Shown here in pieces: positions 9,465 to 17,925 of a stretch of 64,000 bases of DNA; positions within the stretch are counted from its first letter, which is position 1, and every line of letters starts with the position of its first letter. The notes beneath the pieces are model-generated. The model saw only the letters and a program-made list of their open reading frames with translations. It had not been told where the DNA came from and did not search any database. The translations under genes were made by a program, and so were the position numbers. The DNA is from Candidatus Azotimanducaceae bacterium (lineage in GTDB: Bacteria > Pseudomonadota > Gammaproteobacteria > Pseudomonadales > Azotimanducaceae), in contig OZ241354.1 of the NCBI GenBank assembly GCA_965199945.1, positions 996,638-1,060,637 on the forward strand. The letters are read 5' to 3'.

Positions 9465-9773
9465 ATGCACATCGGCGTGCTCGCCCTGGACTTCCATCTC
9501 GACGGCTGCGCGTCGTTGAAGGAGAAGCGCCGGCGCTTGGGCCGGCTGCGCGACAAGTTCGGCCGCATCGCCAATCTCGCCGTCTGCGAGAGCGCCTATC
9601 AGGACAGCCACCGCCGGGCGCGCTGGGAGATCGTCGCCGTGGCGGGCGATCCGAGCGTGGTCGAGAAGTCCTTGGCCGACGTGGAGCGGTGGGCGGCGAT
9701 GAGCGTCGATGCGACCATCGTCGACGCGGCGCGCAGCACGGCGTTCGGCGACATGGGCAGGGCGGCGCGCTGA
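9465..9773 (+). CDS. DUF503 family protein (YlxP-like)
   Basis: ORF 9465..9773. MHIGVLALDFHLDGCASLKEKRRRLGRLRDKF matches the DUF503 pattern. AGGAGA sits upstream of the ATG. Confidence 0.7.
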   Translation: MHIGVLALDFHLDGCASLKEKRRRLGRLRDKFGRIANLAVCESAYQDSHRRARWEIVAVAGDPSVVEKSLADVERWAAMSVDATIVDAARSTAFGDMGRAAR

Positions 9774-10201
9774 TGCTCTGGGCGCTGCTGCTGGGCTTCG
9801 GCCTGCTCGCGCTGATCTGGTGGCGCAGCGCCGGCCGGGCCCGCGAGAACTGGCTGCACGACTTGAGCCTCGTCGGCAAATGGGAACTCGAAACGCCCGA
9901 TACGCTGCAGGAGCACACGCGGCGTTCGCTGACCTTCAGCGGCGATCTCGCGTCCGGGCGCTACGTCGCCCGCGACGGCGATAACGTCCACCGCGGCAAA
10001 TGGCGCTTGAGCGGACACACGCTCGCGTTGGAGCCGCTCGAATCCGAAGCGGGAGACCATCCCGGCGCCGCGCAATTCGACCTGCGCCTGTTCGCGCACG
10101 GGCGCATCGGCATCGACGGCCCGGGACGCGAGCGCGAGACGTACCGCAAACGCGAAGGCAACGTGATTCCGCTGGCAAGACGCCCTCGGCGCCGGGGATG
10201 A
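9773..10201 (+). CDS. Small membrane-anchored hypothetical protein
   Basis: Within ORF 9689..10201. The ATG at 9773 overlaps the DUF503 stop (TGATG). N-terminal TM helix MLWALLLGFGLLALIWW. Confidence 0.5.
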   Translation: MLWALLLGFGLLALIWWRSAGRARENWLHDLSLVGKWELETPDTLQEHTRRSLTFSGDLASGRYVARDGDNVHRGKWRLSGHTLALEPLESEAGDHPGAAQFDLRLFAHGRIGIDGPGRERETYRKREGNVIPLARRPRRRG

Positions 10202-10245
10202 CGTCCCGCCGCGCGCAGCCTTGAGGGACGCGGCCCTTTAGCCCG

Positions 10246-12099
10246 ATGGCGCCGGCCGATGTCGAGCCTCCGCCGGCGGCGACGGGCGGCGCCGCGGACG
10301 TGAAGCACTTCCTCGCCACGCTGACGACGCGGCCCGGCGTCTACCGCATGGTGGGCGACGGCGACGAGGTGCTGTACGTCGGCAAGGCGCGCAATCTCAA
10401 GGCGCGGGTCACGTCCTACTTCCGCGCTTCCGGCCTCGCGGCGAAGACCCTCGCCCTCACCTCCAAAGTGCGCGACGTGCAGGTGACGGTCACGCCAAGC
10501 GAGACCGAAGCGCTGCTGCTCGAACAGAGCCTCATCAAGGAACACCGGCCGCGCTTCAACGTCGTGCTGCGCGACGACAAGTCCTATCCCTTCATCCACC
10601 TCACCGAGCATCCCTATCCGCGCCTCGGCTTCCATCGCGGCAAGAAGGGCAGCGGGCGCTACTTCGGACCGTTTCCGAGCGCGGCTTCCGTGCGCGACAG
10701 CCTGAACATCCTGCAGAAGCTGTTCGGCATCCGGCCCTGCGCCGACGGCTTCTTCAAGAACCGCTCGCGGCCTTGCCTGCAATACCAGATCAAGCGCTGC
10801 AGCGGCCCGTGCGTGGGCTTGATCGACCGCGAACGCTACGCCGAGGACGTGCGCCTGGCGGTGCTGTTCCTCGAAGGCAAGAGCGCGGACGTGCTGGCCG
10901 AGTTCAAGCGGCGCATGGACGCCGCTGCGGAAAAGCTGGAGTTCGAGCGCGCCGCCCGCCATCGCGACCAGATCAGCCATCTGCGGCGCATTCAGGAGAA
11001 CCAGTACGTCCACGGCGAAGGCGGCGACGTGGACGTCTTCGGCGTGGCGGTGGGCGCCGGCCATGCCTGCGTGCAGGGCCTGTTCGTGCGCGGCGGGCGT
11101 CTTCTCGGCCACCGCACCTGGTTTCCGGGCAACCAGCTGGACGTCGCCGAAGACGAGCTGCTCGTCGCGTTTCTCTCCCAGTACTACCTGGGCGGAGCGG
11201 CGCGGGAAGTGCCGCGCACCGTGGTCGCCGCGGCGCCGCCCGAGGAAGCGCAGCTGCTCGGCACCGCGTTGTCGGAGCGCACCGGGCGCAACACGGAGGT
11301 GGCCTCCCAGGTGCGCGGGCAGCGCGCGCGTTGGGCGGCAATGGCCACGGAAAACGCGCAGTTGGCGCTCGATGCACTGGTCGCCGACCGCAAGAACGTG
11401 TTTGGCCGCTTCGTGGCGCTGCAAGCCGCCCTCGGCTGGGAAGACGTGCCGCGGCGTCTCGAATGCTTCGACATCAGCCACTCCGCCGGCGAGGCCACCG
11501 TCGCCTCGTGCGTCGTCTTCGACAGCAACGGGCCGCTCAAATCCGACTACCGGCGCTTCAACATCGAAGGGGTGCCGAGGAGCGACGACTACGGCGCCAT
11601 CGAGCAGGCCATCCGCCGCCGCTACACGCGCCTGGCGCAAGGAGAGGGCGTCCTGCCGGATGCGCTCGTCATCGACGGCGGCAGCGGCCAGCTGCGGCGC
11701 GCCGCCGAGGTGCTGGAACAGCTGCAGGTGAAGGACGTGGCGCTCATCGGCATCGCCAAGGGCCCCACCCGCAAGGCCGGGCTGGAGACCATCGAAGTGG
11801 CGGGCATTGGCGAACTGGCGCTGCCGCCGAACGGCCCGGCCATGCACCTGCTGCAGCACATCCGCGACGAAGCGCACCGCTTCGCCGTCGCCGGCCATCG
11901 CGGTCGGCGGCAGAGAAAGCGGCGTCAATCGGCCTTGGACGACGTGCCCGGCGTCGGGCCGAAGCGCAAGCGCGAGCTGCTGGCGCACTTCGGCTCCGTC
12001 GTGGCCATCAAGGGTTCGAGCGTTGAGGAGATCGCCAAAGCGCCGGGCATCAGCCGCAAGCTGGCGACGGACATCCACGGCGCCCTGCATGGCGAGTAG
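10246..12099 (+). CDS. uvrC: Excinuclease ABC subunit C
   Basis: ORF 10246..12099. GIY-YIG region GVYRMVGDGDEVLYVGKARNLKARVTSYF, UvrBC-interaction region, and C-terminal HhH (LDDVPGVGPKRKRELLAHFGS). Confidence 0.95.
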   Translation: MAPADVEPPPAATGGAADVKHFLATLTTRPGVYRMVGDGDEVLYVGKARNLKARVTSYFRASGLAAKTLALTSKVRDVQVTVTPSETEALLLEQSLIKEHRPRFNVVLRDDKSYPFIHLTEHPYPRLGFHRGKKGSGRYFGPFPSAASVRDSLNILQKLFGIRPCADGFFKNRSRPCLQYQIKRCSGPCVGLIDRERYAEDVRLAVLFLEGKSADVLAEFKRRMDAAAEKLEFERAARHRDQISHLRRIQENQYVHGEGGDVDVFGVAVGAGHACVQGLFVRGGRLLGHRTWFPGNQLDVAEDELLVAFLSQYYLGGAAREVPRTVVAAAPPEEAQLLGTALSERTGRNTEVASQVRGQRARWAAMATENAQLALDALVADRKNVFGRFVALQAALGWEDVPRRLECFDISHSAGEATVASCVVFDSNGPLKSDYRRFNIEGVPRSDDYGAIEQAIRRRYTRLAQGEGVLPDALVIDGGSGQLRRAAEVLEQLQVKDVALIGIAKGPTRKAGLETIEVAGIGELALPPNGPAMHLLQHIRDEAHRFAVAGHRGRRQRKRRQSALDDVPGVGPKRKRELLAHFGSVVAIKGSSVEEIAKAPGISRKLATDIHGALHGE

Positions 12100-12247
12100 C
12101 GCTGCTGGACGCCGCTCGAGAACGCGCGGTGCGATGCGCCGCGCGGTGGCGTAGCATGGCGTTCGTTCCGTTGCGCGAGAGCAAGCCGCGCCGGCTTGTC
12201 GCGGAAAGGCACGGAAGCAACGGCGAAGCCAGCAGCTGGATAGACGC

Positions 12248-12811
12248 ATGACGAGCCTTCCGAACGTCCTCACGCTGGCGCGCATCGGGCTCATCCCGGT
12301 CTTCGCGCTGATCTACGTCGTCACGGACACCTACTACTGGGTGGCGGCGCTGCTGTTCGCCACGGCGGCGGCAACGGACTGGATCGACGGCTACCTGGCG
12401 CGGCGCCTCGGCCAGACCACGCCCTTCGGCACGTTCCTGGATCCGGTCGCGGACAAGCTCATTGTCGTCACCGCGCTGGTGCTGCTGATCGGCAACCACG
12501 CCAGCCTGTGGCTGACAATCCCCGGCGTCGTCATCGTCGGCCGGGAAATCGCCATCTCCGCGCTGCGCGAGTGGATGGCGGAAATGAATCGCCGCGGCCT
12601 CGTCGCCGTCACTTGGACCACCCGCGTAAAGACCGCCATGCAGATGGTCGCGATCATCATCCTGCTGGCGAACCCGCCGGCGATGGTGCCCTGGGTGGTC
12701 GTCGGCCTCGTGCTGCTCTACGCGGCGGTGTGCATCACCACATGGTCGATGGTCGTCTACCTGCGCGCCGCTTGGCCATCGCTCAAGGAAGGGCTGTACG
12801 AGTCGCGGTAG
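12248..12811 (+). CDS. pgsA: CDP-diacylglycerol--glycerol-3-phosphate 3-phosphatidyltransferase
   Basis: ORF 12248..12811. CDP-alcohol phosphatidyltransferase motif DWIDGYLARRLGQTTPFGTFLDPVADK. The uvrC-pgsA-tRNA synteny matches enterobacteria. Confidence 0.93.
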   Translation: MTSLPNVLTLARIGLIPVFALIYVVTDTYYWVAALLFATAAATDWIDGYLARRLGQTTPFGTFLDPVADKLIVVTALVLLIGNHASLWLTIPGVVIVGREIAISALREWMAEMNRRGLVAVTWTTRVKTAMQMVAIIILLANPPAMVPWVVVGLVLLYAAVCITTWSMVVYLRAAWPSLKEGLYESR

Positions 12812-12921
12812 CCGCTGTCTGCCGTGCGAACGGCGCACCAGTCCGAACGCGCTTCGGCTTCGTTCGCGCGCCTTGTGGTAGCATTTCCGAACTTGCCGGA
12901 GCTTGCCGCTTCGCGCATCTC

Positions 12922-12995
12922 GGCTGGATGGCAGAGGGGTTATGCAGCGGACTGCAACTCCGCGTACGCCGGTTCGAATCCGACTCCAGCCTCCA
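12922..12995 (+). tRNA. tRNA-Cys (anticodon GCA)
   Basis: GGCTGGA acceptor stem pairs with TCCAGCC, followed by T and CCA. Anticodon arm is GCGGA-CTGCAAC-TCCGC. T-loop is GGTTCGAATCC with one C-A mismatch in the T stem. The D region resembles E. coli tRNA-Cys. Confidence 0.85.
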
Positions 12996-13061
12996 ACACC
13001 TCCCGACGCAGCGCTGGCGCACCGAGAGCCGTCGCAGCGGGGTTCGCAAGGCTTGGAAGAG

Positions 13062-13148
13062 TGGTGCCTAGGGAGAGACTCGAACTCTCACATGGTTTCC
13101 CATACCAGATTTTGAGTCTGGCGCGTCTACCGATTTCGCCACCTAGGC
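13062..13148 (-). tRNA. tRNA-Leu (anticodon CAA), long variable arm
   Basis: The reverse complement reads GCCTAGGTGGCGAAATCGGTAGACGCGCCAGACTCAAAATCTGGTATGGGAAACCATGTGAGAGTTCGAGTCTCTCCCTAGGCACCA. This is a class II tRNA with a CUCAAAA anticodon loop. Confidence 0.92.
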
Positions 13149-13214
13149 AGGCGAGACGTGGATTCTGCGCCAACGAACGCCGGAGTCAACCCGCTAGTCT
13201 TGCGCGGCTTGGGG

Positions 13215-13246
13215 CTACGCGTCGCAATCCAGCCGATTGGTCGAGA
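13215..13246. repeat. Direct repeat copy 1 (att-like): orphan duplicate of the cytochrome c gene 3' end
   Basis: CTAcGCGTCGCAATCCagCCGATTGGTCGAGA matches 20220-20251 at 29 of 32 positions. On the minus strand it reads ...STNRLDCDA-stop, against ...STNRADCDA-stop at the real gene end. Confidence 0.8.
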
Positions 13247-13257
13247 GTGACGATCTT

Positions 13258-15111
13258 CTAGAAATCCAGAAACTGCAGCGCCCGCATGAGCGGGCCGGGT
13301 TCTGGCCGGGCGCGGAAGGTGTTCGCGTCCAGGCGTTCGAGCAGGCTCGCCATGTCGACGTAGCCGGCCCGCGAAGGCGGCTGCGCAGTTAGCAACGCGC
13401 GAATCGTCGGGAACTGCGCCACCAGCGCGTCCACAAACGGCTCGCTGCGCGCCGGATCCCGCTTCTGCGTGTTCCAGCAGACTTCCGGCGGCAGCACTGT
13501 GCGCATGGCGTGGCGGAACAGCCACCGGGTGTGCTTGCCGCGTCGGAACTGCTCCGGCGGCAGCCCCAGGGCGAACGCCACGAGCCGCCGGTCCAGCAGC
13601 GGATAGGCGTATTCGATGCCGCGCCGGGCGCCGCTGGCCGCCCAGCCTTCCATGCGCGCGGTGAGATGGCCGTTGGCAAGCAGCCCCAGCTGCACGCGGC
13701 GAACGCTAACTGGCCGGCGCTGGGGAACCGTCAGCAGCCGCGTCCGTCGCGCGAACGCGGGGTCGATCAGCCAGCGGCGACGCGGCCCCTCCCGGCCACG
13801 CAGCCGGCGCAGCCGCTCCGGCAGCGCCGGATGCAACAGCGGCAGCGCGACGTTGGCGAGGAAGGGCGCCAAGGCGGCGTCCTGCGCTCGGCACTCGAGA
13901 GCCAACTGCCGCCAACGGCCGCGCAGCAGCAGGCCCTGCAGATGGCCCCGGCCGCCGAACGACGCGCACTCGTCGCCGCCCCAGCCGGAAAGCAGCAGCC
14001 GCACGCCGGCCGCCGCCGCATTGCGCTGCACGATTTCCTCGTTGGGATGGACGTGAATGCCGGGCACGGCGCCGTCCTGGCGCAGCACGCCGAGCAAGTC
14101 GTCCGGCGTCGGCGCGCCGAAGCAGACGCGTAGCCGTTCCTGCCCGCGCACCGCGTCCACCAAGGCGTACTCCGGCGCATGGTCGGGCTTCGGCGGTGCC
14201 GCCCCGAGCGCCGGCAGCCAGGCGAAGGCTGCCGGCGCAGGCCGTCCCTGCTCGCGCAACTCCCGCGCCAGCAATACCGCGATGCTCGACGAATCGAGGC
14301 CCCCGCTCAGATGCGCGCCGACTTCGCCGGCGCCGTAGCCGCGCAGCCGGTCGCGCACGGCCTGCCTGCACAGCGCACGCAGCTGTTCCGCATAGGCATC
14401 GTCCGATGCGGGAGGCTGGCTGGGCGCGTCCTCCGGGCGCCACCAGCGGCGCCGGCGCAGCCGTGGTTCGCCCGCCGCGCCGTTGCGCTGGCTCTCGACC
14501 AGAAGCGAGCAGCCGGGCGGCAGCTTGCGGACGGCGGCGAAGAAGCTCTGCTCCGAGCTCGCCGACGAACTGGCCAGATGCGTGGCGACGACCGCCTCGT
14601 CCAGCGCCGGCGGAACGCCCGGCGCCGCAAGCACGGCCTCGACGGTGGAGGCGAAGAGGAAGGCGCCGCCCTGCACGGCGTAGTAGAAGGGACGGACGCC
14701 GATGTGGTCGCGAGCGCAGAACAGCGCCCGGCGCTGCCCGTCCCAGAGCGCGAACGCGTAGTCGCCGAGCAGCCGGCGCGGACACTCCTCCCCCCACTGC
14801 CGCCAAGCGCGAAGGATCAGCGCCGCGTCGGAGACGGCGCCACGTTCGGCGACGGCAACGCCCAGCGCGTCGCACAGCGCCTGCCGATCGTCGAGGCGGG
14901 CGTCCGCGACCACCGCCAAGCCGGCCTGCCGATCCGCGTACAGCGCGGCGAAGCCGTCTGGCCGTTGGCCGTTTCGGCAGCCGAGGCCGACCCCGCCATC
15001 CGCCGGCGACCATTGCTCCGAGGCACCCGGGACGTGGGCTTCCAGCGCCCCCAGCAGGGCCGGCAGCGCCTTCGGCCCACCGCCCACGCTTCCGCAGATC
15101 GCCGCAGCCAT
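13258..15111 (-). CDS. Asparagine synthetase-like protein, lasso-peptide-cyclase (C protein) type
   Basis: ORF 13258..15111. N-terminal Ntn-like MAAAICG, PP-loop HLSGGLDSSSIAVL, and the overall AsnB-like layout. Adjacent to a PqqD gene. Confidence 0.8.
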   Translation of the reverse strand: MAAAICGSVGGGPKALPALLGALEAHVPGASEQWSPADGGVGLGCRNGQRPDGFAALYADRQAGLAVVADARLDDRQALCDALGVAVAERGAVSDAALILRAWRQWGEECPRRLLGDYAFALWDGQRRALFCARDHIGVRPFYYAVQGGAFLFASTVEAVLAAPGVPPALDEAVVATHLASSSASSEQSFFAAVRKLPPGCSLLVESQRNGAAGEPRLRRRRWWRPEDAPSQPPASDDAYAEQLRALCRQAVRDRLRGYGAGEVGAHLSGGLDSSSIAVLLARELREQGRPAPAAFAWLPALGAAPPKPDHAPEYALVDAVRGQERLRVCFGAPTPDDLLGVLRQDGAVPGIHVHPNEEIVQRNAAAAGVRLLLSGWGGDECASFGGRGHLQGLLLRGRWRQLALECRAQDAALAPFLANVALPLLHPALPERLRRLRGREGPRRRWLIDPAFARRTRLLTVPQRRPVSVRRVQLGLLANGHLTARMEGWAASGARRGIEYAYPLLDRRLVAFALGLPPEQFRRGKHTRWLFRHAMRTVLPPEVCWNTQKRDPARSEPFVDALVAQFPTIRALLTAQPPSRAGYVDMASLLERLDANTFRARPEPGPLMRALQFLDF

Positions 15112-15145
15112 GCCGTCTTCGCTTCCCGCCTCGGCGGCGCCCCGG

Positions 15146-17044
15146 TCAGCCTAGGAACGCCAGCGCCTCGTCGAGATAGCCGAACTTGGCCATCACCTCG
15201 CCGTGCGCGTCCACCAGCGCCCGCACCTGCTGCCGGGTCAGCGCCGAGCGCCAGGAGCCGGCCACGCCGGCGCGGAAGAAGGACTTCGCCGTCGGCGGCT
15301 TCTCGACGAAGCCGAACTCGGTCTCCTGCGCCTGCAGCCGCGCGAAGCTGCTGCGCTCCACAGCTTGGCGCAGCCGCGCCGGATCCTCGCCGAGGCCAAC
15401 GAAGCGAACGATCGCCGCGAATCCGGCTCGCGGACGCGCCAGCAGGTCTTCGTAGCGGGCGACATGGACGGGAATGGCCGTCTGTTCGGTCCAGCTCGAC
15501 ACATGGCCGCTCCAAGTGGTCAGCAGCTCTGGAAAGCGTCCGAAGGCGCCTCCTCGGATGTGCGATTCAAAGCTGCCGTCGCTGTTCATCCAGCCAACAA
15601 TGCGGTCGATGGAGACGTTGCCGTGATGCGCGAAGGAGACGGCGACGTCGAGGGGATTGCGCACTAGGCACACCGCGCCGCCGGTCTTCGGAAACCGTGG
15701 GGCGCGTGGTGCAGCGCGGTAGGCATCGTGGGTCTTCAGGACGAGCGGGTCGCCGTCGTGCGGATGTGCCGCGGGTGGCCCCGCGTTTCCGCCGCCTTCG
15801 GCCAGCCATTCGCGGAACTGCGGCAGATGGCGCTCCACTTCGGCCTCCGTCATGTTCGTGGACTCCGCTCCGAGAAACTCGTCGAAGGCTTGGCGGTGGT
15901 TGCCCCGACCGCCAAGCAGCGCGTTGATGGAGGCCGGCGCGCCGTCTCTGCTCGAGTAGTTGGTCAGCACGGCCCGCAGCCAAGTGTTGCCGCTCTTCGG
16001 GTAGGACGCGAGCCAAACGATGCCCGGCGCGTCGGTATGACCCTGCCTGACGGCAGCGGGCACCTTGGCGGCGACGCGCCGCACGGGCGTGGATCGACTC
16101 CGGGCCGAGGAGGCGCTTGGCCGCCAGCCCGGGGTCGGCTGCAACGTCCTCAGTTGCGCATCGACGCGGGCCGCCAGCGCTTCCAAGGTGAACGGATGCC
16201 GAGGTCGCGTTGCCAACAGCATCGGCACGCGCCGCGCCAGGGCGGTGACGGTGCGGAAGTGCCCCGCGGTACCGCCTATCGCGTCCAGCGCCCGCTTGCG
16301 GTGCGTGTTCTCCGTCAGTGCCCAGAACGCGTCGCCGCAGGACACGAGGCGGATGTCGATTTCCGCGGCGGTGCCTTCGGCCAGTGCGACGGCGGCGAGC
16401 ACCGGCTGCGGCTCGGCACAGTAGCGCTCGGGCTCGGTCCAGTGCTTGTCCAGGCCCTGGCGCACTCTCGCGCCGGCCTGTGCGCGCCAACCCATCCTGT
16501 CCAGCGTCTGCGCCCACAGTTTTTGGCGCGGAAAAGCCGGCAGAGCCAGCGGTTGGCCGCCGGCGTCCAGCACTACGCCGGTGATGTCGTCGGCCAGCAG
16601 CGCATGGCCGCGTCGAACCAACGCCGCCGCCAGCGACGACTTGCCGACGGCGCTCGGGCCAAGCAGCAGCACCGCGCCGCCTTGCCGTGCGACGGCCGCC
16701 GCGTGCAGCGTCGCCACGCCTCTTTGCTGCAGGCAGGGAGCAAGCGCGGCGCTGACGAAAGTGGAGGCCACGTCGCCGGCGTCTCCGAGCGGATCGACCA
16801 GAATGTCCCTGCCGCCTGTGGCCAGGTACCGGACGACGCCTTCGAGCTCGATGAGAAAGGCGCCCGGGCGGGCTTCCCAGATTGGGCCTTTGGTCGTTTG
16901 GCCAGCGCCGGCGGGGAGGGTGCGCGGGACGGCGCCGAGGCGAACGGTCAAGTCTGGCGCGGACGATGGCTTCGGCTGCAAGGGATGGAACGGCAGCGCA
17001 ACGGCGGAGCGCACATGCAGACCGTAGGCGCGGTATTCGTGCAT
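15146..17044 (-). CDS. Fusion protein: N-terminal HPr-kinase-related kinase domain plus C-terminal sulfotransferase domain
   Basis: ORF 15146..17044. The N-terminal half has the HprK-like P-loop LLLGPSAVGKSSLAAALVRRGHALLADD. The C-terminal half has the sulfotransferase PAPS motifs SYPKSGNTWLR (5'-PSB) and VRNPLDVAVSFAHH (3'-PB). The domain boundary is near nt 16050-16150. Confidence 0.8.
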   Translation of the reverse strand: MHEYRAYGLHVRSAVALPFHPLQPKPSSAPDLTVRLGAVPRTLPAGAGQTTKGPIWEARPGAFLIELEGVVRYLATGGRDILVDPLGDAGDVASTFVSAALAPCLQQRGVATLHAAAVARQGGAVLLLGPSAVGKSSLAAALVRRGHALLADDITGVVLDAGGQPLALPAFPRQKLWAQTLDRMGWRAQAGARVRQGLDKHWTEPERYCAEPQPVLAAVALAEGTAAEIDIRLVSCGDAFWALTENTHRKRALDAIGGTAGHFRTVTALARRVPMLLATRPRHPFTLEALAARVDAQLRTLQPTPGWRPSASSARSRSTPVRRVAAKVPAAVRQGHTDAPGIVWLASYPKSGNTWLRAVLTNYSSRDGAPASINALLGGRGNHRQAFDEFLGAESTNMTEAEVERHLPQFREWLAEGGGNAGPPAAHPHDGDPLVLKTHDAYRAAPRAPRFPKTGGAVCLVRNPLDVAVSFAHHGNVSIDRIVGWMNSDGSFESHIRGGAFGRFPELLTTWSGHVSSWTEQTAIPVHVARYEDLLARPRAGFAAIVRFVGLGEDPARLRQAVERSSFARLQAQETEFGFVEKPPTAKSFFRAGVAGSWRSALTRQQVRALVDAHGEVMAKFGYLDEALAFLG

Positions 17045-17230
17045 CGAACCCGAGCCAACATCTGCTTAAGACATCACGATGAGGTAATACGCCGAGTTTC
17101 CAATAGCGTATCACCATTCGGCCCCGATCCTGTCGCTCGAAGATTCCTGCCGGCCCAGATGGTCGGCTTGGACCAAGGCAGCTTGCGGGTGCCGGCTACG
17201 CCTTCCGAGACACGTCTGCCCTCGGCGTTC

Positions 17231-17284
17231 TCAATCCCTTCGCCTTCGGGGGGGGGGGGGGGGGGGGGTCAATTCATCACGCAT
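17231..17284 (-). other. 17-codon ORF spanning the poly-C tract (MRDELTPPPPPPRRRRD); the reading frame depends on tract length
   Basis: My own translation of the minus strand. With 20 or 23 C the ORF would extend to a stop at 17074-17076 (about 69 codons). With 22 C it ends after PKAKGLRTPRADVSRKA. No evidence it is expressed. Confidence 0.15.
17248..17268. repeat. Homopolymeric tract, 21 G (poly-C on the strand of the flanking genes)
   Basis: Counted directly: 3+10+8 G at 17248-17268. It lies in the 288-nt gap between the PqqD stop (17333) and the kinase-sulfotransferase start (17044). Confidence 0.95.
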
Positions 17285-17332
17285 CAGATAATCCCAAGAT
17301 TGAACCAGTGCAGGCGTCCGGACGCGCCAGAT

Positions 17333-17650
17333 TCAGGAAGCCGACGGCAACGCGAAGATGCGCTGTTCCAAGCCGGCCTGCAGAAACTCCAACGTGTCGC
17401 GCTCGCAAGTCTCCGCATCCACGTCGTATTCGCCGGCGAGGGCGTCGCAGATGCTGCTGGCCGATCTGGGCTCCTCGAGCAGAGTCCAAGCGCGCGAGGC
17501 GACCGGATCGAGCTCGTAGTATTGGCCTTCGTCGACGTCCACCATCACGACGGTGTCGTACAAGCGCGTGAACACGATGGCATCGTTGCGCGCAATCACC
17601 GACGAGAGCGCCACTCTCGGCTGCCCTTCGTCTTCGCTGGCGGCAGACAT
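17333..17650 (-). CDS. PqqD-family peptide chaperone (RRE / lasso B1-like)
   Basis: ORF 17333..17650. AIVFTRLYDTVVMVDVDEGQYYELDPVASRAWTLLEEPRSASSICDALAGEYDVDAETCERDTLEFLQAGLEQRI matches the PqqD pattern. Confidence 0.8.
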   Translation of the reverse strand: MSAASEDEGQPRVALSSVIARNDAIVFTRLYDTVVMVDVDEGQYYELDPVASRAWTLLEEPRSASSICDALAGEYDVDAETCERDTLEFLQAGLEQRIFALPSAS

Positions 17651-17812
17651 CCGCGTTCATCCCATTGCCCAGCCGAGCAGGATCATAACGCAAACCGCCA
17701 CCGTTTCAACAGCCTTCACAGCCTTCCCACGGGCGCATCGCAAGCCTCGACTCTGTCCGCCAAGACCGTGCCCACCGGCGCGGGGACAGAACCGGGCGCG
17801 GCCTCGGCCGCG

Positions 17813-17866
17813 ATGAACCATGCTACTTTCACCGCCGACGAGAGCGCGAGGGGCACCCTCGCATGA
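17813..17866 (+). other. Conserved 17-codon upstream ORF (MNHATFTADESARGTLA) ahead of Uma2 copy 1
   Basis: Same length and position as 19009-19062 (MNHATFASDENARGTRA). Both end in TGA inside the first GCGAGGG..CCCTCGC-type hairpin. Confidence 0.3.
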
Positions 17867-17912
17867 AGGGAGCCCTCAGCGGGGAGCGCGAGGGGCACCC
17901 TCGCTTGTAAAA
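17845..17912 (+). repeat. Two hairpin repeat units (GCGAGGGGCACCCTCGC) in the 5' leader of Uma2 copy 1
   Basis: The repeat unit is AGCCCTCAGCGGGGAGCGCGAGGGGCACCCTCGC. The 7-bp stem GCGAGGG/CCCTCGC has a 3-nt loop. Confidence 0.7.
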
Positions 17913-17925
17913 GGAGAACAGCCAC

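Noticed and set aside
12812-12921. Expected tRNA-Gly upstream of tRNA-Cys, as in the E. coli glyW-cysT-leuZ arrangement
   Set aside because: No cloverleaf-compatible sequence is present. The only tRNA-Gly(GCC) is at 53216-53290 on the other strand.
17111-17176. 21-codon ORF MVQADHLGRQESSSDRIGAEW as the lasso precursor
   Set aside because: It has a TTG start, no RBS and only a 7-residue leader without the usual Thr at -2 or an RRE-binding motif. It is kept as a remark in the RiPP finding, not as a feature.
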